From NCBI GenBank assembly GCA_963792585.1, contig CAWBWI010000001.1, forward strand, positions 992,001 to 1,056,000: a stretch of DNA of 64,000 bases, read 5' to 3'. Position 1 is the stretch's first letter, and every line of letters begins with the position of its first letter. Below the pieces are notes generated by a model. That model was not told the DNA's origin. It worked only from the letters and a program-made list of their open reading frames with translations, and did not search any database. Below, piece by piece: positions 21,088 to 31,887 of the stretch. The translations under genes and the position numbers were made by a program. This stretch comes from Candidatus Eiseniibacteriota bacterium (lineage in GTDB: Bacteria; Eisenbacteria; RBG-16-71-46; CAIMUX01; VGJL01).

Positions 21088-22394
21088 CCGTCTCCTCCTT
21101 GCCCGACGAGGTGGGGCACGACCTCCTCCGCGCGTCCGAGCCAACCCCACGCGCGCGGCTTGCCCCGAGCCTCCAGCCAATTCACCGCATCCTCCAGGCT
21201 TCCGAATGGTCGGATCCCCGCCGTCGCCAGGCGGTCGGGCTCCATGCGGCTCAAGATGCCGATCTCGAAATCCTCGCAGATGGTTCGCAAGGAGAGTGCG
21301 GTGTGCAGGTGGAGTTCGTAGTTCTCGGCCGCACGCCGCGACAGTTCCGACGAGGGCAACGCCCACAGGCGCTCGAAGGTCTCCGAACCGCTTCCGTCCT
21401 CCAGTCCCGCGACGAGAAGGAGCCTTCCGCCGGGAGTGAGGAATCGCGACGCGTGACGGAGACTCTTGTGGGCCTGCAGCAGACTCGCGTCCCTCGGAAA
21501 ACCGCCCGCGTCGGCGATCAGCAGCTCCGCCCGCTGCGTGTGGTCGAGCGCATGCCCTTGGAGATAGGCAAGACAACCGCGTTCGTGCTCCTCCCGCCAA
21601 TGCCCTACGGTCAGGATGGGCGGATCGCCCGGCGCCGGCTCGTACGCCTGGATCAGCAGATCCGGGGGGCAGAGAGAGACGGCATCGACAAGATCCTCGT
21701 GAACCGGATTGCCGGTCAGATTCCCCGACTCGCACCCTGGATGAAGGACTCCGTCCGATGTCAGGCAACGCCTGTGGTTCGATAGGATCCCGGCGGGATC
21801 GCCCAGGCCCGGGAAGACGAGCTTGCGCCCCCCGCCGAAGCCGGCGAAGTAGTGGAAGCTCAAGTCCGCGAGCACGACCCGAAGATCGGCTTCGACCCAT
21901 GCGGGGTGCAGGCGCACCTCCGTCCCCACGCCCGTCGTGCCCACGAGTTGGTGCTTCGCGTATCCCCCATCCCCATTCGCGATCACGGACCAGCCATCGG
22001 GGAGCCGGATGTCGTCCGGGAGGGACGGCCGGTGGACCCCCGTTGCCGCGAGGATGTTCCGTGACGACGCTTCGGGAGTTCGTTCCGTCACCCAACGCGC
22101 AGCGCCCTCCAGATAGGCTTCCCAGGGTCCGCGTCGCGTCGCGTCAGGGATCGCGAGGGAGACGCGCCGGGCCGAACGCGATACTTCCAGGAAGGACGCT
22201 GCATTGGGATGGTCGGCGAAGGCGCGATCGATTTCACCGCTTTGCGTGGCAACGGAGTCGGGTGCGATTCCCGCGGCTTCCCGAACCCGCGCGCGCAGGG
22301 TGCCGCGGTGGGGCGCGACAACAGGGGGGCGTTGCCAGCGATCGAGGAGCTCCAGGCGAAGGGAATCCCGCCCCATGCGCAACCAAACGCTCAA
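21084..22394 (-). CDS. Lactate racemase (LarA) family protein
   Basis: 'PDATR', 'ATGVHR', 'HYFAGFGGGRKLVFPG', 'NH', 'GNPVHEDL', 'GGFPRD..LLQAHK'. Confidence 0.82.
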   Translation of the reverse strand: MSVWLRMGRDSLRLELLDRWQRPPVVAPHRGTLRARVREAAGIAPDSVATQSGEIDRAFADHPNAASFLEVSRSARRVSLAIPDATRRGPWEAYLEGAARWVTERTPEASSRNILAATGVHRPSLPDDIRLPDGWSVIANGDGGYAKHQLVGTTGVGTEVRLHPAWVEADLRVVLADLSFHYFAGFGGGRKLVFPGLGDPAGILSNHRRCLTSDGVLHPGCESGNLTGNPVHEDLVDAVSLCPPDLLIQAYEPAPGDPPILTVGHWREEHERGCLAYLQGHALDHTQRAELLIADAGGFPRDASLLQAHKSLRHASRFLTPGGRLLLVAGLEDGSGSETFERLWALPSSELSRRAAENYELHLHTALSLRTICEDFEIGILSRMEPDRLATAGIRPFGSLEDAVNWLEARGKPRAWGWLGRAEEVVPHLVGQGGDG

Positions 22395-22416
22395 TGCGGC
22401 CCTCCGTACTCGACCA

Positions 22417-24645
22417 TCACCCCTGAGCCTCGAAGGTGAGGTATGCCCGCAGAATCCGCTTCGTCCCCCAGACGGGGAAGCTCACCTCGACCCGCGCGGC
22501 GTCCCCGTCTCCATCGATCGAGAGGACACGTCCCACGCCGTATCGGACATGGCGCGCCCACAGGCCCTTCGGAGATCGCGTCGCCGGCTCCCGCGCGATC
22601 ACGGGCTCGATCGGCTCCTCGACCGTCGCGGGCCGATCCTCCACCCCCAGGTCATCGTCCCAGCGATGGCGCGGCGCCGCTTTGCCCCGGAGGCCGATGC
22701 CGAACCCCGCGCCCTCGATCAAGAGAAGGTCGGACGGGATCTCGGAAAGGAATCGGGATAGATCGCTGCCCATCGTATAGTTGATCCGACGTCGCTGCCG
22801 GCCGGCGGAGAGACTCAGGCACTCGCGGGCGCGCGTCACGGCGACGTAGAATAGACGACGCTCCTCCTCCATCTCCTGCGGGTCATCGAGAGACGAATAG
22901 TGCGGGAAGAGCCCTTCCTCCAGACCGGTCACGAAGACGTTCGCGAACTCGAGTCCCTTGGCATTGTGAACGGTCATCAACGTGACCCGTTCCCCACCGG
23001 CATCGAGATCGTCCGCCTGCGCATAGAGGGCCACCTGCTCGAGGAAACCCGCTAGGGTCGCCCCTTCCTCCGATCCCTCATAGCTTCGGGCGCCCTCGAT
23101 CAGTTCGACGACGTGGGCGAAGCGCTCTTCCCAGTCTCCATCGCCCTCCTTCCGAAGCCAATCCCGGTAGCCCACCTCCTGCACGATCGCCTCCAGCAGA
23201 AGGTGCGGCGGATCGGCAACCCGCGCCGCGAGCGCCCGCAGCCAGACCGCCAGCGCGGATAAGGCCGGGAGCCCTCTGCCGGTGACACCCCAGTTCCCCG
23301 CTTCCTGGGCGGCCGTGAGGAAGTCGGCCCCGCGGCCACGCGCCTCGGCGACGATCCGATCGATCGTCGTCTCCCCCGCGCCCCGTTTCGGTGCCAGACT
23401 CGCCCTGCGAAACGAAATCTCGTCATGCGGGTTGACGAGGAGCCGCAGGTAGGCGAGGAGGTCCTTGACCTCCCTCCGCTGGTAGAACGAGACCCCGCCG
23501 ATGACGCGGTAAGGAATCTCGGCGCGCACGAAGGCATCCTCAAGGGGACGCGACTGCGCGTGCGTGCGGTAGAGGACCGCCAGGGCGGCTGGGGAGGTCC
23601 CGCAACGTAGCGCCTCCCGAACGCGCACGGCGACGCGACGCGCCTCCTGCTCCTCGTCCTCGGCGATCGCGAGCCGGACCCGCTCCCCGCGCGCATTCGC
23701 GGTCCAGAGCGTCTTCTCCTTGCGGGCCGCGTTGCGACGCACGACGGCGTTCGCGACATCGAGGATCGCGCCGGTCGAGCGGTAGTTTTGCTCCATTCGC
23801 AGAATCGTCGCGCCCGGGAAGTGCCGCTCGAACTCGAGAATGTTCGTGATGTCGGCCCCCCGCCAGCCGTAGATCGACTGGTCGTCGTCGCCCACGACAC
23901 AGATGTTCCCGTGCGTCTCCGCAAGCCGGCGGACCAGGTGGAACTGGACTCGATTGGTGTCCTGAAACTCGTCAACGAGCACCTGCTGGAAGCGCTCCGC
24001 GTAGAGATCGCCGATTCCGTCGTCCTCCGTCAACAGCTGCAGGGCCAGGATGAGGATGTCGTCGAAATCGACGCCGTCCTGCTCTCGCAGCCGTCGATCG
24101 TAGGATCGCCACACGCGGGCGATCCGTTGCCTCGCGGGCGCAGGTGAGGCCGCTTCGAACTCATCGGGAGTGAGGAGCCGGTTCTTCGCGAACGATATCG
24201 CCCCCTGCGCGTCCCGCGGCTTGAGCCCTCCCTCGCCGTCGGGCGATCCCTTCAGGATCTCCCTGAGGAGACGGATCTGGTCGTCCGAGTCGAAGATCGT
24301 AGGCGGGCTGCGAAATCCCAGCCGCGCGGCGTGGCGCTTGAGGATCCTCAGACAGATCGAGTGGAAGGTGCCGAGCCAGACATCGCGCGCGGCGGCGCCG
24401 AGCAGTCTTCCGACCCTCTCCCGCATTTCTCCGGCTGCCTTGTTCGTGAAGGTGACCGCGAGGACCCGCTCCGGCTCGACCCCGCGTTCGGCGATCAGGT
24501 AGGCGAGCCTGCGCGTCAAAACGCGCGTCTTCCCACTCCCCGCGCCTGCCAGGATCAGCAGCGGTCCGTCGCCGTGGACAACCCCGGCAAGTTGAACATC
24601 GTTCAAACCCTCGAGGATCGGCGAGGATGAAGGAACGGTCTGCAC
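22417..24645 (-). CDS. pcrA: UvrD/PcrA ATP-dependent DNA helicase
   Basis: 'AGAGSGKT', 'VDEFQDTN', 'VGDDDQSIYGWRGA', 'QNYRST', 'TVHNAKGLEF', 'EERRLFYVAVTRA'; C-terminal Tudor-like domain. Confidence 0.95.
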   Translation of the reverse strand: MQTVPSSSPILEGLNDVQLAGVVHGDGPLLILAGAGSGKTRVLTRRLAYLIAERGVEPERVLAVTFTNKAAGEMRERVGRLLGAAARDVWLGTFHSICLRILKRHAARLGFRSPPTIFDSDDQIRLLREILKGSPDGEGGLKPRDAQGAISFAKNRLLTPDEFEAASPAPARQRIARVWRSYDRRLREQDGVDFDDILILALQLLTEDDGIGDLYAERFQQVLVDEFQDTNRVQFHLVRRLAETHGNICVVGDDDQSIYGWRGADITNILEFERHFPGATILRMEQNYRSTGAILDVANAVVRRNAARKEKTLWTANARGERVRLAIAEDEEQEARRVAVRVREALRCGTSPAALAVLYRTHAQSRPLEDAFVRAEIPYRVIGGVSFYQRREVKDLLAYLRLLVNPHDEISFRRASLAPKRGAGETTIDRIVAEARGRGADFLTAAQEAGNWGVTGRGLPALSALAVWLRALAARVADPPHLLLEAIVQEVGYRDWLRKEGDGDWEERFAHVVELIEGARSYEGSEEGATLAGFLEQVALYAQADDLDAGGERVTLMTVHNAKGLEFANVFVTGLEEGLFPHYSSLDDPQEMEEERRLFYVAVTRARECLSLSAGRQRRRINYTMGSDLSRFLSEIPSDLLLIEGAGFGIGLRGKAAPRHRWDDDLGVEDRPATVEEPIEPVIAREPATRSPKGLWARHVRYGVGRVLSIDGDGDAARVEVSFPVWGTKRILRAYLTFEAQG

Positions 24646-24701
24646 GATTTCCTCCGGGTCCGGGACGGGGCGGCGCTCGGCCGCCTGTAGCGAAGGGAAG
24701 C

Positions 24702-27700
24702 CTACTTGTACTCGAAGCGCAACTTGAGGTCAAGCGAGTAGCGGTCGAACGGCACCTGCTCCTGGCCCGCCACGCGTCGTTCGAGGCCCGCGTTGAGATA
24801 GAGCTTGCCCTTCAAGTTGTAGCGGAGGTTGTACACCTCGCCCGCTGTCTGAGCCAATTCCCGGGAGTAGGCTACGGAGACCTGGGGAAGAAGCGTCTGG
24901 CGGACGTTGATCTTCCAGGCCGACCCCGGCGAGATCCCCGGCTGGACCGAGACGTTTCCGAGCGGCAGAACCAGTTGCGAGATCTGGGACTCGATCTGGG
25001 CAACGAGTTCGGTGAAGAGATACTGCCGCGACGGGTCGACGATGCCAACCGAACCTGTGGTCGGGTTCTTGAGCTGTCCTATGACCAGTAGGGAAACGAT
25101 CTCGTCTTCCGCCCTCGTCGGTTCGGAACTGAACTCGACCTTCAGATCGAGAATCGGGCCGGTCACGTGGATCTTGACCGTCGTCTCCTGTCCCGCCTCT
25201 CCTTCGGTCGCCGGCGGCGCCACCCGCGTGTCGGCGTAGATGTCGAGGATCGGTTCGAGCCCTCGGCCCAGGTCGCGGAACTCAACCGTGCCCGAGGTGA
25301 TCGTGAAGACGTTGTTGAATATCCGGTAACGCCCCCCGAGGACCGCGATCCCGCCGCTGACGTTCAACAAGGGGTCGATGAAGCTGACGTGGAGATCCCC
25401 TTCCCCGAGGTCCACCGAAGCGATGGCCGTGGACAGGCGGATGTTCCCTGGCGCCCGAACGTCGATCTCGGCGTGCCATGGACTCGGCTTTCGCGTCGAG
25501 CTGGTGGGCGCAAGCGGCGCTTTCGCCATGTCCCCGATGATCGCCCCCTCCTTGACCTGCACCGTCCCGACGATCTGCGGATACGATCCCAGATAGCTCG
25601 CAATCGGATAGGCGCTGAGATCTCCGTCGAAAGTGAAGTGGTAGAGGCCCGATTCGAAAGCGACTGCTTCCCTGATCTTCCCGTCGAATTCGAAGTGGGC
25701 GAGATCGCGGAACCACCCGCCCAGCTCGATCGTCCCTTCCTTCCCGACGAATCCCTTCAAGGAGACGATCCGAACGCCGCTCGAATCGAGGTCGACGTTG
25801 CCGGTGATCCCGCGCAGCCGTTCTTCACGGTTGGGGATCCGCAACCCACCATCCCTGATCGCCAGGGCCCCTTCCGGCCATAGCCGTCTCGGCGTCCCGC
25901 GCAGACGGACTGAGCCGGAGAGGATCCCGGCCGGATCCAGAATCTGTCTCGAGAGAGCCCTCAGAATCGCCAGGTCGATCTCGGGGAGGTCGGCGTCGAA
26001 CGCCACTGGTTGGTCCTTCGGGATCCGCGTGCGGCCCGGCACGAGGCTCGCAATCAACGGGAGGCTGCCCTGCGCGCGCGAGGCATTCCCACCCTTCAAC
26101 CAGACCAAGCTGTCGAGCACGGCAACCTGGGGCGCATAGCTCGCAGCAAAGACGACGGAGTCGGCCCCGGCCTGATAGACCTGTAGCCTGCGGACGATGC
26201 CCTGCAGATCGCCGTGCGGCCGTCCGGCCGTTCCCCCGAGGTTGAGATCAAGGCTGAGCTCACCCTGGACCGCTTTCTCCAGGGTGATTCCGGCCGTTTC
26301 GTCGCTCGGCCGGACGGTGCGAATCCGCGTCATCATCGGATCAACCGGCTCCGCGAGAATGTTCCCCCCATTCGCCGACGAACCCGCGAGCGCCGTGTGG
26401 ACGATTCGGTTCAGCGCCAGCCGATCGACTTCGACGCGCCCATGAATCGTGGTCCGATCGAGAAGCGCGGCGGGCGAGTCCTTCAGCCCCTTCGTGAATG
26501 CAGGAAGCGGCTCGGGCAAGCCCACGGTCAGGCGCGGGACAAGGAGCGTCCCGTAACCGCCGTTACCCCCTGCCAGGAGGGAATCGATCCGAACCTCACC
26601 GCCCTCGTCCATGGAAAGACCCGCATCCAGATTCCCGACGGGCCAGCCGGCGACCGTGAGGTTGCGCGCGGAGAGGGCCGCGTCGACTGCCGGCGCGAGA
26701 GTTCTCCCGCCAATCCGTGCGTCGACCTGCGCAATCCCAACCATGGCCGAGTCGGGCAACCCTAGGAGGGTTCGCACGTAGTCGAGGTTCAGATCGGCAA
26801 CCTGGACATCCCCTTTCATGGGATTCCCGCCGCGGCCCACCTCGAGGTTTCCCGTGACGAGTCCCTCGGTCGATTCGAAACGGACTCCTTCGATCCTCGA
26901 AGCGCCATGGTTCCAGAAGATCCGCGTCTTCTCGGCCATCGACCACGGGGCGAGCGAACCCGGCTCGAAATCGAGTTGTTCCACGACCAGCGATCCCGGA
27001 TCCGCGGGGATGAGATCGACACCCGCGACCGCGCGCAACGAATCCCGCCGCACCTCCGCGGTGACGCGCATGGTTTTCTTCCAGACCATGTCGATCATCG
27101 CGGTGTCCAGGTCCACGCCATAGAGGTTCATCCCGTAGCCATCGAGGTGGCCGACCAGATCGATTGGCGCCAGCCCCCCTGCGAGCGAGTCGATCCGTAT
27201 CCGCAGACCGCGAACCTCGACCACGCGGAAGTCCCTCGCATCGAGCCGGGCCAGGATCCTGGGCGAGCGCAGCGTCCCGCCCAGGCTCGCGGTCCCCCCG
27301 ACCGTTCCCTCGAAGGGAACGCCGGGGGCCCATGGACCCACCCAGCGGTCGAGTGGGATTTCCGTGAGCCGCGCCTCGATCGCCAGGGGGCCGTCGGGGA
27401 GCATGCAGGTTCCGTCGGCGCGCAGCCCCGCGCCGGCTTCCCCCACCTCGAGGCTATCCACGGTCACCAGGTTCTGCGCGAGCCGACCCGCGATTCGCAC
27501 CGGCGGCAGCTCCTTCTCGCGCAACTGGAGGCGGGTGAAGTTCCCGCTGCCGAACGCCTCCGGCGCCCCGGGAATGAAACGCGCTCGTCCTTCGATGCGC
27601 CCGTCGATGAGCGTGTGCGGCGCTCCGGAGAGCCAATGACCCAGCGACGGATCTCCCAGGTCGACCGCGTTGAGGACGACCCAGCCTCGCACCCGGCGCG

Positions 27701-28750
27701 TGCCGAGCACGACCTCCCCCGACGCGAGCACCCCGCCCACCCGATGTCCAAGCGCGAGGCTCTCGAGGTCGAGGGTGTCGCCGTGCTGGGCGAGACGCAG
27801 TTCCAGGCTGTCGAGGGGAGCGTCGAGCAACGATCCCGCCAGGGAGATAGTCGCCGAAGCCTTCTGCGAGGCGTAGAAGACACGCGCGTACCCGCGGAGG
27901 CTGTCCTCCTTCCCGAAGGGAATACGGAAGCGTTGGAGCGGGGCGATCCGCGAGGGCACGAGACGATCGACCCGCAAACTCACGGTGGCGAGGGTCGAAT
28001 CCCGATTGCCCCGACCCAGCCTGGTCGTCGCGTCCACCCTCGACACGAAGCCGCGCGAGACGAGAGCCACGTCCTGCAACGCGAAGCGATCGGGCAGCGT
28101 GCCCCGCAGCCGACCGCCAAGGACGTCAACGGCGAGCGTCTCCGCGGAAATCTCCGCGTGGAGGCTGTCGATCTCCGCCGCAATCTCGCCACCGCGATGG
28201 GCGAGACCGTGCATCACGATCCCAGCGCGCGCGACCGACCCCGACGCGTTTCGGAGATCCACACGATGGATGGTGAGACCGTTGATCCGGATCGACGGGA
28301 TCTTCGAGAGTCCCCCCCCGAAGCCCCGTCCGCCTTCCCCGCGCCCGCCCGAACGAAGACAGGCGGCGATTCGTCGATATGGATGACCAGCGTGTCGAGC
28401 TGGACCCGGGGGGCGAGGATCCGACGCTGCAACAGGGGCGCGGGCCGCAGATCGACGGCCAGCGCGCTCAACTCGGCCCATGTCACGAACCCCTCGGGCG
28501 TGCGGTGCTCGAGCCGGATGCCGCGCATCCGGAGTCCACGGGGGTCGAAACGATCGACGTGGTCGATCCTCAAGAACCAGTCCGGAGGGAGTATCCGCGA
28601 ATCGACCCCCTTGCCGAGCGCCCAGCCGCGGAATCGATCGTGACGGACCAGGGCGAACGGGGCCACGAACAGGATGTAGAGGAATACCGCGATTCCGGCC
28701 AACCACACGGTCGGCCTCCATCGAACCCAGGTTCGTCCCTTCGTCGCCAT
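24702..28750 (-). CDS. tamB: TamB/AsmA-like translocation and assembly protein; frameshifted at the G8 run 28312-28319 as given
   Basis: N-terminal TM in ORF 28214-28750 (MATKGRT...) continues into ORF 24702-28721 ('LSKIPSIRI...') if one G is added; beta-taco repeats and a DUF490-like C-terminus; directly downstream of an Omp85 gene. Confidence 0.78.
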
Positions 28751-28751
28751 C

Positions 28752-30710
28752 TCAGAACGCCTGCCCGAGGCTGAAGTAGATCGCGGTCTGTTTCTCGCCC
28801 GGCGCGCGTCCCCTCCCGAGCTTCGACCCGTAATCGACCCGGAAAGGACCGACCGGCGTCAGGAATCGGATGCCGCCTCCGAATCCATAGGCGACATCGA
28901 GCGGATCCCACGCGCGACCGGACAATCCCCTGTGGAACCGCTCCAGTGTGATCTCGGAGACGTCGTTCCAGACGTTTCCTGCGTCGACGAAGAGGGCGCC
29001 GCTGAAGAGCCAGACGATCGGGAAGCGTAACTCGACATTGCCGAGCAGCATCGCGGTCCCGCCGACAGCCTGATTCGCTTCCGCGTTCGTCGAATCGCGC
29101 CGGCCCAGCGATTCCTCGCGATACCCCCGCACGGTCGTGCCGCCACCGAGGTGGAAACGCTCTTCGTAAGGGATGCGGGAGACCTTCAACGTGGTCTGGG
29201 TGCCGGCCACACCGGATCCAACCGGGACGATGATTCCGGCCCGGCCGCGCGCGGCGACACTGGTGCGCCGGCCGATCGGCAGATACCACGCACCGGTCGC
29301 CGTGGCGCGGCTGAACTGGTTGCCTCCTCCGAGGAACCCTCCCGCGTAGTCCCCGACCATCTGCCGGTAAGAGCCTCGCATCGCGTTCAGGATGTTGTCC
29401 CGCTCGTCGATGTCGAGGCTTGCCGTAACATTCCGTGTGACGTAGGTCGCGCGGGCGGTGCTGTCGCCCCGGGCGGCGCCTGTCCGGACCCACTTGTTCG
29501 TCAAGCCGACGCCGTAGCTCATGTGCCGGCTGTTCTCGCGACGCAGGGTCTGCTGCAGGCCGGTAATGTCCTGGTCGAAGGCCGGCTGGCGCTCGTATGT
29601 GTGATAGGCCGTCGTCGCACTGAGAACACGGACACCGAGAATCCAGGGAAGGCTGTAGCGGATCTGGCTATTCACCGACTTCAAGGGCAGGGTCCCGGGG
29701 ATCTGCCCGCCCACGGCGAAGCCCACGTCCGCCGAAGCATCCAGGCTCTTGGCGGTCCGACCGATGTTCCGATTCCCCCACTCCCCGAGGACGCGGACGC
29801 GGTCATCCGAGCTGAATCCCGCGCCGAATCCGTACCACCCGGCGCTGCGATCGTGGGCCGTGATGCGGAGGTCCGCGAGCGGCAGCCCCGTGCTGTCGGG
29901 GGAAGGAAGGACCCGGACCGTACGGAAGACTCCCGTGCGGAAGATCCGCTCCTGCGTCTGAATCACCTTCGACGTGCGGAAGAGGTCCCCATCGTCGAGC
30001 AGGACCTCCCTGCGAATGACGCTCGCGTCGGTTCGCGCGAGCGCCCCGAGCGTCGTATCGACGATCACCGAGCGCATGTGAAAGAGAGGTCCCTCGTGAA
30101 CCCGGTAGATCACCTCGGCGGAGTCGGCCCGAAGGCGCAGATCGGCGATGACCTGAGCGCCGATGTAGCCCGCATCGCCGTAGGATGCTGCGATCGCATC
30201 CCGGCCCTCATCGATCTGCTTTCGACTTGCCGCGCCGCCTTCCCGCACCCGGATCTGATCGCGCGCGCGGCCCCTCAACCGTCCCTGGACGCCTTCGAGT
30301 CTGATGGCGGAGACCCGGAAGCGCGGGCCCTCCTGGATCTCGATGTCGATCTCGACCTTCTCTTCGCCCGGGAGGTATCGAACCTCCGCGTCCTTCACGG
30401 TGGCCAGGGCGAAACCTCGGTCCCGATAGACGTCGAGAACGCGGTAGAGATCGAGGGCCAGGTAGTCCGGCCCGAGATACGGAGCAGAGCCGAAGGGATT
30501 CCACCACGCCCGCGCCCGGAGCTTCATCGGAGCGCGCAGCGCGCGCTCCCCGATCGAGTGATTGCCTGTGAAGTGGATCGCAGCGATCTGGGGATTCCCC
30601 TCTTCCCCGCGCGAGACACCCGCCGGCAAGAGCGCGAGGATCGCCAGAGCCGCGATCGCCCCGAATCTCCCGCGACCCACTCCCGGGCCACGCACGCTCC
30701 CCTCTCCCAT
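28752..30710 (-). CDS. Omp85 family outer-membrane protein (TamA/BamA-like, about 3 POTRA domains)
   Basis: Signal peptide, POTRA repeats, 'FHLGGGTTVRGY', 'TPVGPFRVDYG', terminal 'FSLGQAF'. Confidence 0.9.
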   Translation of the reverse strand: MGEGSVRGPGVGRGRFGAIAALAILALLPAGVSRGEEGNPQIAAIHFTGNHSIGERALRAPMKLRARAWWNPFGSAPYLGPDYLALDLYRVLDVYRDRGFALATVKDAEVRYLPGEEKVEIDIEIQEGPRFRVSAIRLEGVQGRLRGRARDQIRVREGGAASRKQIDEGRDAIAASYGDAGYIGAQVIADLRLRADSAEVIYRVHEGPLFHMRSVIVDTTLGALARTDASVIRREVLLDDGDLFRTSKVIQTQERIFRTGVFRTVRVLPSPDSTGLPLADLRITAHDRSAGWYGFGAGFSSDDRVRVLGEWGNRNIGRTAKSLDASADVGFAVGGQIPGTLPLKSVNSQIRYSLPWILGVRVLSATTAYHTYERQPAFDQDITGLQQTLRRENSRHMSYGVGLTNKWVRTGAARGDSTARATYVTRNVTASLDIDERDNILNAMRGSYRQMVGDYAGGFLGGGNQFSRATATGAWYLPIGRRTSVAARGRAGIIVPVGSGVAGTQTTLKVSRIPYEERFHLGGGTTVRGYREESLGRRDSTNAEANQAVGGTAMLLGNVELRFPIVWLFSGALFVDAGNVWNDVSEITLERFHRGLSGRAWDPLDVAYGFGGGIRFLTPVGPFRVDYGSKLGRGRAPGEKQTAIYFSLGQAF

Positions 30711-30715
30711 GCCGA

Positions 30716-31879
30716 TCAGACCTGGGAGGCCATGGCGCCGGCCGCTTTCCGCGCCCAGGCATCGGCCTGGAGGATCTGATCGAGACTGTCCGCCGCCTCG
30801 ATGCGGTGCTGTCCGAGCACCCTTTCCAGGCACGCCGCGATGTCGATGAATCGAATGCGTCCATCGAGGAAGGCTCCCACGAGGACCTCGTCGGCGCCAT
30901 TCAGAACCGCGGGGGCCGTGCCGCCCACGCGCAGGCACTCTCGCGCGAGTTCGAAACACGGATAGCGGCGGGCCTCGACCGGTTCGAAATCGAGCCGACC
31001 GATCTGGGTGAGATCGCATCGGGACACCGGGCCCTCCGGCCGCTCGGGGTGGAAGAGCGCCTGCTGGATCGGCAATCGCATGTCCGCGACCGACATCTGC
31101 GCCACGATCGATCCGTCATTCCACTCCGCCAGCGCGTGGACCAAGCTCTGCGGATGGATCCAGATGTCGATCCGGTCCTGTCCGATATCGAAGAGCCAAC
31201 GCGCCTCGTGAACCTCGAAGCCTTTGTTCAAGAGCGTCGCCGAGTCGATCGTGATGCGCGGACCCATTCTCCACGTGGGGTGCCGCAGGGCCTCCTCCAC
31301 GGTCGCATCCGCGAGCCGCTCGAGAGGCCAAGTCCGAAACGGCCCCCCCGACGCGGTCAGGATTGCGCGACGCAGGTCGCGTACGTCCCGACCTTCGAGG
31401 CACTGCATCAACCCGCTGTGCTCGCTGTCGATCGGGAGAATCCGCGCGCCGGAAGCGTTCGCCGTTCGGCGCATCAGCTCCCCCGCGACGACCAACGACT
31501 CCTTGTTCGCGAGCGCGAGAGTCTTGCCCGCGCGCAGCGTGGCGAGACTCGGGCCGAGGCCGCATGCTCCGACAAGTCCGTTGACCACGACATCAGCATC
31601 GCCGGATGTCGCGCCGATGAGACCTTCGGACCCCGCGAGAATCTCTCCACTCCATGCGCCGTCGATCCGACCGCGGAAGGTCGCCGCGGCGGCGGCGTCC
31701 CCGAGGGCGACCCGCTCCGGGCGGAAACGGAGCGTCTGGTCTACCAGAAGCTCGATGTTCTTCCCCGCAGCCAGTGCGATCACCTCGAGCCGGTCCGGAA
31801 AACGGGCGACTACGTCCAGGGTGAGCCGCCCGATCGTCCCCGTGGAGCCGAGCAGGGCCAGCTTGCGACGTACTTGCAT
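30716..31879 (-). CDS. dxr: 1-deoxy-D-xylulose 5-phosphate reductoisomerase
   Basis: 'LGSTGTIG', 'LANKESLV', 'PIDSEH', 'TASGGPF', 'HPTWRMG', 'IDSAT'. Confidence 0.97.
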   Translation of the reverse strand: MQVRRKLALLGSTGTIGRLTLDVVARFPDRLEVIALAAGKNIELLVDQTLRFRPERVALGDAAAAATFRGRIDGAWSGEILAGSEGLIGATSGDADVVVNGLVGACGLGPSLATLRAGKTLALANKESLVVAGELMRRTANASGARILPIDSEHSGLMQCLEGRDVRDLRRAILTASGGPFRTWPLERLADATVEEALRHPTWRMGPRITIDSATLLNKGFEVHEARWLFDIGQDRIDIWIHPQSLVHALAEWNDGSIVAQMSVADMRLPIQQALFHPERPEGPVSRCDLTQIGRLDFEPVEARRYPCFELARECLRVGGTAPAVLNGADEVLVGAFLDGRIRFIDIAACLERVLGQHRIEAADSLDQILQADAWARKAAGAMASQV

Positions 31880-31887
31880 CCGCCCCC

